The notes under the pieces were generated by a model. That model made no database searches, was not told the origin of the DNA, and saw nothing but the letters and a program-made list of their open reading frames with translations. Source: Trichoplax adhaerens (Eukaryota > Animalia > Placozoa). From it: a stretch of 64,000 bases of DNA. The DNA lies in NCBI RefSeq assembly GCF_000150275.1, contig NW_002060951.1, positions 250,775 through 314,774 on the forward strand. Direction: 5' to 3'. Position 1 is the first letter of the stretch. The number at the start of each line of letters is the position of its first letter. The translations under genes were made by a program, and so were the position numbers. This document shows positions 53,581 to 64,000 of this stretch, one piece after another.

Positions 53581-55270
53581 CACGCGTAAATCGCTATTTC
53601 TGTGCTTTGGCTGATTGTCAGTTACTATTCCTACTTCAACGATTAAGATCAGTCCATCTTCTCACTTTATGTTAAGAAGGGACCTTCATTTGTAATTTTT
53701 TTTGTCGTATCATGGACTACTAAAATCACTGTAGTAATTTCTATGAGTCCATGGTTATGCTGTAATCTGTGAAGTTGAAGGTAGGATTTTAAAGCAGCTC
53801 ATGCCATCATGACTTGCCTTCTATCGCTGTGGTTAGCGTTTTAACCACAGCGCAGCTACAGCTACAAGTTGCCTACAACATACTGTAGACTGCACCAACA
53901 GCAGAACAAAAAATTCGACTAGGATTTGCAATGAGATCGTTGATCTACAAGACTACAATTAATACTGAAAAAAATTGAAAGACCATACTGATTGAAATTT
54001 ATTTCTCTATGCTTCCTGACAGTGCACACTGTAGTATGCAGACAAGAGTATACGACCATCACTGTTGAGTTTGTTTGAAATCCTTGCAGATTTACTGGCA
54101 TCTGATAGCACCATGATATCATTGCGATGCAATCCAATTACTGTACTGTAAATTACTGCCATTATATATTTATTATATGTGCATGCTGAATCATCACGAC
54201 TGATTCATCTATTTGCAGTCATTCGCAGTGCTGCAGCAGTGGACTAATCGAGGTGTATATCTTATGGAGAAAGTGTATTTACTTTTGCAAAAGTATCTGA
54301 TGACAGCCATGAGTAATATTGAGCATGCGAACGCCCGTTAAACTTGCAGCACAGTACTGTACTGTACAACTTCAAAGCAAAAAGTTGAAGACCTCAATCA
54401 TAACCAGGTGCTAAAAACAACCAATAAAACAAAAATATACTACCCTCCAAGGCAGATCTACAAAAATAGCTGATATTCTATTTTCCCTAGTTCAGGCTTA
54501 GTAATCACAGAAGGACAGATCGCGGACTATGCTGAAGGAGCTGAACAAAGCTGGAAACTCAACTGCATTGAGCTCAGCAGCTAATGAGCAAAATGCCAGC
54601 AAGTTGCCTCAGGTTACGGTAGCAGATCCGTTATTACTTATAGTTCGATGATATCAACTTACATTTTCATATTCCAATTAATGGTATGGATTCTCTGATC
54701 TATTATTATTAACATAGACAAGTCTCAAATTCTACTCTTTTTCCTACTGGCCCTGAGAAGCTGACTTTGGTGCAAATTCTACCTGCAAATGGTCGTTCTT
54801 CACTGATCAGGTGCAATGTAAAAGTAATACATTCGAGTGGAACTAATTTGGACACAAATTCTATGCAATGTAATAAGAGCATGTATTAATTATATAGTAC
54901 CTGCTAGTCTGCTACTACCCTGGAGGTTTTCTTGTCAATAATGATTAGCTATTATCTACGAATTACAGTATACAGTACAGTACGTAAGACGAGCTGAGCT
55001 ATACAGTATGTGTCATGCAACTGATTCGCACCTTTTCTCGAGAGTTTGCATAAGTTGCATAACTATCTGTACATTTTCTGGGCATTCTATTGCAATTTAA
55101 TCACGCTTTTAGAAGAAACTTTGTATAATTGTCTTTACATCTTTAGGCTTTCCATCGTTGAACTGCTTGCTGCTAGTCTATCCTAAAACTTTTCATTACT
55201 TGTAGTACAGTAGATACACAGTATACGCCTCAAGTAGGAAATATTCAATTCTTTGGGTGAAGCAACTAAA

Positions 55271-58200
55271 ATGCTCCTACGCTGTCTAGCAAGAAAAGCG
55301 ACATGGCCTTCCACTAGTAAAAACTGGCCGCAATTCATTTTATCCTCACAACGTCGTTTTAATTGCTCTCGCTATACTGATAAAATTTTAACTGCCTCAA
55401 CAGCAGTCAAATTTAAGCCTACGGTGTCGACAATGAAAAGACCACAATTATTAAAGCAATACAGAGATATTAAACAAAGCTACCAAGATTTTGTCTTAAT
55501 ATTTCAAATTGGTGAAGCCTATGAAGTGTATGATAAAGATGCTGATATTGTTGCCAGCAAGTCTACACTTCCATTACTTGACACTGCTAATAACATGGAA
55601 TCAACGTCCGCGTTACTTCGAGTGCGCTTTCCAAAGCACCAAGTTGATGATGTTGTCAAGACACTTTGCAGGGAGAAGGTCAAAATCGCCATTTGTAATG
55701 AGCAAACTACAAGGTATGTGTCAACTTGCATAATCGAACATATTTGCAGCGAAATGATTATAGCGTGATAATATAACTATTTAAACTGAATAGTGACCAA
55801 AAAAATGACCTGTGAATGAATAATGTCGGTAACTGTTAACAAACATCTTTGTTAAAATTACGTATATGTTTGTAGGAGTACAACCTCGGCCAATCTGAGA
55901 GAGCGCAAGGTAACCAAAATTTTCACACCTGGCACTTACACTTTCGCAGAATACAACTCCAGCATCGATACTAGCAATTACTTGCTCTCCATTGTTGATG
56001 GCCCTGAAGAAACTTTAGGATTAAGCTGGATCGATGTTGCAGCTCAAGACTTTCAGGTATTTATTAATATGTTAAATATGGATAGTTAAATTTATATTCA
56101 AGCTAATATTAATATAAGGAAAAACCGAGAAAAAGCTGTTAATTAATTAGTTATCCATCATCGATTCAGTTTACATCATCAACCTTAACCAACTTGTCCG
56201 CAGACCTTGGACGCATTAACCCATCTGAAGTTTGTCATCATCGCTACTATTGTTTATACAGTGATTAAAAGATGAGCACATTATCATTTCTTTTGCCATG
56301 TATTTACTGGTAGGTTTTAATATCGAAACAAATGCAAGAATTAATTAATCAATGCGAACAAGGATATCTTCATCGTTCTTTGGCTGTAAAAATCAAATTA
56401 ATTGCCAAGTTATTTCAAAATATTTGCATTACCTCTGTCGATGTCGCTGATGAAGCTTCTACAAGACATATTAAACGAAGTAATCTTTAGCCTATTTCGT
56501 AATTTAATAGATTGGTGCAAGAACTAATGTAACTGTCTTTTTAGAATATGCACAAATTCTTTGCGCCATGCGTAAGGTCAAACCATCTCAGCTAGAATTT
56601 GAAGCTTGTCGGGTTTTAATGCAATATCTGGATTACATCGATGAGCATCTTTTACTTGAAACTTTAAAACCACTTAAATTTAAACAAGATGAACATATGT
56701 TAATTGATCCCACGACTAGAAAATCGTTGGAGCTAACAACGTAATCTTAAATACTTCAAGTGTTTTATTACGATTTTGATAGACATTCTGATCGATACGG
56801 TTCAATGTGATCATTTTACACCTTAACCGACAAATTTTCTACTCTACTTTTTAGAACAATGTTTGGTGCCGTTCCCACAGTCTCCAAAGGTACGTTAGTT
56901 AATGTTTTGGATAGAACAGTGACCAGCGCTGGACGAAAAATCTTAACTGCGCGTGTTACTGCACCTTCTACGAATGTAAATGAGATTCAGCGCCGCTTGG
57001 ATTTTGTATCGATATTTGCTACTAATCCAGGCTGCGCAACTGATATTCATAAATGTATGCAAGGGTGCCACAACATGGATGTTCTTCTACGCACGGTAAT
57101 AATTAATTACTATTATCAGTGCTCCTTTTCTGTATATTTTGAACTAAGTAAATATTAAAGGTTGAAAAAGAGCTTGACATGACCAGATCAATATCGAAAT
57201 TTTAAATTCCAGATTTCGATGAACTTAGGCAGTATCGATACTTTACGTGAGTTAATGAAGATACTAATTATTTCGGGTAAGTTAATTAAATCTGCAAGTA
57301 AACATGTTTTACTGAATAACATTGAAGTGTAACAGAAAATATAACGTTAGCTTACCTTCAATCCATCGTTGCTAAGATGATATCAAGGATATACTCAGAA
57401 ATAGAATATCTGCAAGTGATGTTTTAGCCGTAGCCGAAGGTAAAAATGCCAAAAGATCGAAATAAAATTAATATTTAATAGAATGATATACGATTTCCGT
57501 ATAAACGTACTTACTACAAGAAAATCTATCAGCACAAACTCATCGTATCCGTCGTAAATTTAAAACTGACTTTGTAATTTACTAGATCTAGGAAACTTTA
57601 TCGATTTAAAAGAAAAGCTTATTCGTTCGGTAATGAACGCTACAGACAATGGATTATTTGCCAAAGGTAAAGATAATACTTTAAGGAAATTTCCTCAGTA
57701 AACAAGGTTATTTTTGTTAATTAAAACGTATCATACTTACCTTCATTAAGGATACTGTGCTGAGGCCGATGAAATTGAATTACTTAAAGCGAACAATGAT
57801 CATCAGGCCAACAATTTGAGAATGCAACTTAGCAATCAGTTTGGCCTTCCCCGCTTGGATCTGTTGACTAGCAGAGACTTCCATCGATCATTCTGTATTA
57901 GTTCGCCAGCTGCTAACAAAATTAGTAATCATCATGGATATTTCGTGTAAGACTTATCGTTTTCATTCCTACTTATTGGTTATATTACGTCATAAATTAT
58001 ATAATGAATTTTAACATTTTATAAAATTTATTGCTATACCTTACTTACATCTTTAATTTAATACCCTGTTCTTTTATTTAGTATCGACGCTGGTACGTCC
58101 GGTAGTAGTAAAAAAATTGAATTTAGGTACATTAAACTGCTTCAAGATATTTTCTTATGCGCGTATCGATAAGATTGAATTTGTATAGATAACGTAAATA

Positions 58201-60624
58201 TCAGGATTACTATGTAATTATGCTATTATGCTAGCATCCCTGAGTTAGAAGAACTAAATACTGAGTGGTTACAACTTCATCGACGTCAGATTGAATTGCA
58301 ACAAAAACTTTTCACTGATCTTCGAGCAAAGGTACCTTTATTTGATTCACCAGTAAAGCGACCAAAGATGACAGCTAAAATATTGCTGTACTGTGTTTTA
58401 TTACCTTGCAGATCATACCACTAGTAGATGAATTAACCGTTACTGGTCAAACACTCGCAGAATTAGATGTTGCTTGTGCATTGGGTATTGGAGCACATGA
58501 AAGGGTATATCATGAACTTTTTACTTTTAACAGATTTCTAGTATTACAGTGTATACTTAGTATTCATGCATGAAAATACACATGCTGGTATTTCTATATG
58601 TAATTCTTGCAGGGGTATTGCAGGCCACTGATTACTGAAGATACTACTTTCGATATTAAGAACGGAAGACATCCTATTATTGATGCATATTACAGCGGTA
58701 ACTTATTTAGCTTTTAAATCATTTGAAGAAATGAAATCTATGACAGTTAAATTGCTACAATATATGTACAGTATTTCAATTATTTTGCAAAAAGAATATC
58801 TTTTAATTTCTCTTCTCAATAGCTGTACGTAGTACAGCATTACTATCCTATATTTCTGGATAACTTGAAGACATAAATCTCATTACAACTGCATAATTAA
58901 TAATAATGCTGCTTATAAATAATCGCATGTATACTATTATTTTTCTGCTATTTACGCGTATAAACTAGAAATGTGCGTAAGTAACAACTGCAATTTGAAC
59001 GAGAAAAATGTTTGGATTATAACTGGGCCAAATATGGCAGGTAAAACTATCACTTACAACGATATTCTATTCTGATACTGATAACAGGAAAAATTAAATG
59101 CAGCTTGTGATAGTATAAATGTACTAATTTACTATCAATCAATTATACTGTATAATCATTGATTCTAGGAAAAAGTACTTTTCTTAGGCAGAATGCCTTA
59201 ATCGCTATTATGGCACAGGTTTATTAGCTTTCTAGTTGCTTATACTCGTATAATCTTGTTTAATTCTCCGAGGATCATTGTTCAACATGAACAACTGAAT
59301 GAGCCTTTTACTTTTACAGATGGGTAGTTTTGTACCAGCTCAATCAGCTAAAATTGGTACTATATTGCTTGGTATATAGAAAATGAATTAAACTTGATAG
59401 CATTATTAATACAACTATATCTTTAGGAATTGTTGATCGAATTTTTGCTCGCGTTGGTGCCTGCGATAACATTGCGCAACATAGATCAACTTTTATGGTC
59501 GAGATGACGGAATCGGCCTATATACTTTCACATGCTACGCCAAATTCATTTGTAGTACTCGATGAAATTGGTTAAATGCCTTTTTTGATTTATACACAGC
59601 ATTATTTCGTCCTCAATTTATACTAAAACTCATGCATATAAAATGTTTTGATAGGGAGAGGTACTTCAACCCTAGATGGAATATCTGTTGCTCAAGCTAT
59701 TTTGGAATACTTTCATGAAGTAATACGTTGTCGAACACTATGTGCAACTCACTATCATCAGCTAGGCAAATTAGCCACAACTTTGAAATCAGCTTCATCA
59801 TATCAAGTTTCAGCTAAGAAAAATTCAGATGGTGCTATTATGTATTTGTATAAAATATTTGTAAGCGAAAGTAGAGTAAGATTTATTTATAACAGCGCTA
59901 AAAATTTGAGGGTTATGACGCTAATTCCTAATTTCGGTCACGGTAAAGTAAGAAATGTCATTCTTGCGTTCTATGCAGCCCGGTTATTGTAAACAGTCTC
60001 TCGGAATTGAAGTTGCTATGCAAGCTGGTATGCCTACAGCCATTGTTGACAAAGCTTCGGTATACAGTTTACTACAAGCTAAACTTTACTAAAATTGCGA
60101 TTGTTTGCTATATTTAGAGATTCCCTTGATTTAGTCTATTTCATTTATCATATACTTATTTTGATTTCCAGATAATATTAAAGAAATTACTCGAAACTGA
60201 AGACGAGTCTTTCAGACAATTTAGTATGGGTGGTTTTCCTCTTTACTGAAGTTAGAGATATAATGCACTTATAAACTTAATTCCTTAAATATCGTTATTT
60301 CATCTTAGATGATCTTGGCCCTAACTCCTTAATGGCAAGTGGTACGAAGGATTCTGAAAGTCAGTTTGCTACTTTAAATGAAGACAGCATTAAAATAATC
60401 AGGAAAATTTGTAAAGGTAATCACAGAGCAATTTATTATTTCGAGTTCACACTGCTAAATGATCTATTTTATATAATGTAATCTCAGGTATACACCCATC
60501 ATCAATAAACCCCAAGGAAGCAATCATACAGCTATATTCAATTCTAGATAATTTGACACCAAAAGAGGCCGATGGATTTATGCACACCCTGATTCGCTTA
60601 TCAAGATTGGCTCCCAGCAATTAA
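55271..60624 (+). CDS. MSH1: MutS homolog 1, mitochondrial-type (~23 exons, ~950 aa)
   Basis: Basic, acid-free N-terminus ([30 protein letters not shown]). MutS domain [51 protein letters not shown]. ATPase [81 protein letters not shown] is typical of MSH1 and alphaproteobacterial MutS. Confidence 0.88.
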
Positions 60625-61624
60625 TTATTTATTAAGTTCATTATTTATAAATAATGGAGATATTGCTCTATATTTGTTATCGAGACATTGATAACTTGTG
60701 GAACTTTATAGGTAATACAGTCAAATAATTCGATAAGAAACCAAAGGTAATGTTTGTTCTCCACTGTTAATAACGAAGGAAGAATTTGCTATGGACGATA
60801 CTTTCGTTATTGCAATTTATCAATTAATTGATATTTGATTGATAAATAGTGAAAGATGACTTTATGCGAACATATTATACATAGAATTTATATTCAGTGT
60901 TGATATAATTCTAACAAGCCCTACCAAAATCTGTATTTACACATATTTATATAGCTGAGTTTGCATCTTAATAATAACTACGTAGAAGATAAGTACGCTA
61001 TATCTATACATCGAAATAAAGACACGTTTCACTAGAGTCTCTAAAATTGTTTAGTTTCGTTGTCAAAAAAGCTGCTACGGTGAATCTAATATTGGATCTT
61101 CTTAAAAGAGCATAAGAATCTTGCTAATGTATGACTATGCAATAACAATGATTAAAGTTCGATCCTGAACATAGCGAAGCATAATTTGTCCAAAAAATTG
61201 GTCTTCCTTATCAGGATAATGCTAAAGCAACGTTAGTAATCACATTAGTAAGGATTTATCGCTTACAATATTTTGTTGACGGTAACGACAATCTCCGTAA
61301 TGAGTATTTGAAATAGTAAGCAAATACGGTGTTCAGAACAATAGCAAGGAACTATAAGACACTTATCTACTCATTCACAATTAATCGATCTTCAATGATT
61401 ATATACGCTGGCCTTTTTTAGCTTAAAATCTGTGTCTACACTTTACTGAAATAGTTTCACATTCGATTTATAGCAAAAGCAAAGAATAGAGTATGTGGGC
61501 ACTAACTACTGCCTATGTTTATAAATTGGGAATTTATTAACAGTCAACTCGATACTGTGCATATTCATATTTCGTGAGTCGGTGTTATGTCACGATAAGT
61601 CGTTTATCAGCCAAATTTAAGAAA

Positions 61625-63642
61625 CTATCGTACCCCGCCACGCGTGGAAGTTACAATGTCAGCTTCTCGAGCCATTTTGCGCTCTTTTGCTTTTCGCTCT
61701 GATTGACGGCGATACTGTTCTAGTTCCTTTAAGAGTATTCAAAAATTTTGATAAAGAACGATAGCATAGTAACTGTTATGAATAACTCGTAACATATTTT
61801 TACTGTACATCGTAATGAGAAAATCGTTATTATGTCATTATATTTAACTATATTTTCGCTCAAATGTAAATACGTGTATGTTCAGTAGAGTCAGGTTAGC
61901 AGAAACTATAGCTTAAAAATAAGCTTTGATCCGCTATATTATACTATTAGTAACAACTAAAATTGTAATTTTAACTCTCTCTCTCTCTTCTGCATTACGA
62001 AATCTATTTCAAACAGGTAAATAAATATGGGATGTGTAACGATACCACATGGATTTGATATTGATTTATCAATAATCACACTAATAAGCTATTTACCTTC
62101 TAGCTAATACGTCAGTTAGCATCAATGTAATTGATATAATGTATTCGCAATGCTATTTAATGTAATGTAATAAAATTTCCACAGTTAATGTCCATTAGTA
62201 AATCTAATACACTATTTGATGCTATTTATTACCTTATCCTTTTGAATTCTCATATTATCGATAGGGGATTCTGTATATTGGGAATCAGCAGCAGGATTTT
62301 TATTTGTATTAGAATTAGTACTTGCTTCTTGAGGAAAATATTGGCAGAATGCACTTTTCCATAGATCCATAGGCCGTCTTAAAAATTTTTAATTATGTTC
62401 TATTAATTTGTCTACTTTGCAATGGTTAGGTATACTTTTCGATTAAATTATGATTATAGATTGCTTTGAATAATTATAGCCCTAATTTATATACTAACCG
62501 AGCGCTAATTTTTCCTAATTGCTCATCAGAGAGTGGTGGCGCTCCTAGAATCGATATTAAATAGTTAATCAAGAGTAGACTTCGCTATTAATGTTAACCG
62601 TCTATTTACAATACCAATTTGAGAGAATAAATCGGTTCCTGCAGGCACGATAATTGGTTTATTATGATCTGTTGCATTAGTTTTGCTATAATATTTAACA
62701 ATAGGTAATAGGAAGAGTTATGGAGATGAGTATGATAAGTTAGGATGAGAAGCATAGTTGAAACTACCTTGGTGGAAAATGGAATGCCAAATTACCAATT
62801 AACTGACGAGCACGTGCTACTAATGATTCATTTTTTGTACTGAAAAACTGGCCAAATATAAAAGCAGAGTCTATTCATAATTATATAGAAAGAAAATATT
62901 TCACACATACGTTTTTGAATGATATAATCTTACTTGCAATGTGGCTCCATAGGTATGAGCTATGAATCGTAATGTCTTGGATATTATCTTTCTCTTTTCT
63001 GGATCAAAATCCTAATATAAAAATTTCATTTTAAAAATTTAAAACTAATTACGATTTAGTTAATAATACTACTCAGTTAGAGCACGAGTCTTTAATATTT
63101 AAGCAATCAACAGTATCGGTGATAACTCAGCTATGATAATTAATTCAATGTACCTGATATATATCATATTTGCTGCCAACAATAACGAGCGGAACTAAAA
63201 GTGGCTCCATGAGTGATTTATCCTAAAGAAATATCACCAATACAACATTATCATTTTTCTTATTATCTGTATTGGCAGAGTACTTTTAAATTGATGCAGT
63301 TTTATAAATCGGATAATGGAAATAGATGTTTGGGATAAAAAATCCAATAATTTTAGAGAGCAATATCGACATTGGAAGTGACAATTACATCCAGACGCAT
63401 AAGATTACGAAAGATAATCTAGCGAAAATTAAAGTTTCCACTATTATTTTCTATCAGACAACACCGTCAAAAATACTAAGTTCGGGTGTATTTTATGATT
63501 AAATATTAAATATTATATAGATATACGAGAATTATATTTGGTATACCAATACCCATCCTAAATTCATAAAATGATGACAAAACCTACCGGATGATCTTCA
63601 TTAATTCTCCTATTTAATTGCTGCTTTAAAAATTCGTGAATG
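61625..63642 (-). CDS. DYNC2LI1: Cytoplasmic dynein-2 light intermediate chain 1, 3' portion (5' exons probably beyond window)
   Basis: Exons encode ..INEDHP|DKSLMEPLLVPLVIVGSKYDIYQ|DFDPEKRKIISKTLRFIAHTYGATLQ|FFSTKNESL..LAF|DHNKPIIVPAGTD..QIG|APP|PMDLWK..YTESPIDNMRIQKDK|ELEQYRR..*. Confidence 0.93.
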
Positions 63643-64000
63643 CTACATAAAACAAGATGTTAGTAAATTAGTGAAATTTCAATTCAAAAATATGCTTCAT
63701 TATGTGTATATTGTTGTAGTGGTCATACAAGTGCCCTTAAGTTGATGCTTCTGCATCACACAGACATGAAAAAACGACAATACGTGCACCGCATTCTAGA
63801 CCAGATTGACGTAAATGCTAACTAAGCATCGAAACTTTTATACGGCACTGAAAGCGCCTACGCTATCTACTAGTTATACAAGAGAAATACAAAATTTCTT
63901 GTCTCTATTGTCGTAGTTGACATAATCTAAGCTTATACAAGCTGATAGCTGAAGTTATGTTGTTGACGTAAAATTGGAATTGAATTTTTACAACTAAAAG

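Noticed and set aside
53825-53851. 11-bp stem-loop cgctgtggtta-gcgttt-taaccacagcg as a terminator or ncRNA
   Set aside because: It is an isolated short hairpin in a eukaryotic context with no supporting features.
63784-63870. ATG (MRCT..) as the DYNC2LI1 start
   Set aside because: It is phase-compatible but would omit the whole N-terminal G-domain region. The true 5' exons probably lie beyond the window.

Overview
AT-rich eukaryotic (animal) genomic DNA with compact genes made of many short exons and ~70-150 bp introns. The gene content, a nuclear MSH1 and the intron style suggest a placozoan such as Trichoplax (inference). Ten genes can be reconstructed by hand-splicing: the 3' end of ZSWIM4/5/6 (+), POLR2E (-), RAD52 (+), TTC39 (+), UBE3C (+), WDR83OS/Asterix (-), ZFYVE9/16 SARA/endofin (+), NDUFB7 (-), mitochondrial-type MSH1 (+) and the 3' part of DYNC2LI1 (-). 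The most striking unexplained structure is a dense 'GTAC island' of 5-nt-period, palindromic GTACT/GTACA arrays. These sit directly upstream of five first exons, with weaker clusters near RAD52, ZFYVE and MSH1, and a recent tandem duplication captures the motif being gained or lost. Other notable items are a ~245-nt near-perfect hairpin whose outer-arm substitutions are all G-U compatible on the + strand, an MSH1 lacking the mismatch-recognition Phe, three weak GC-AG introns, a palindromic MITE-like element and apparent conserved linkage with human 19p13/1p32-34/5q/9p paralogous regions. Exon boundaries are manual and may be off by a few bases.
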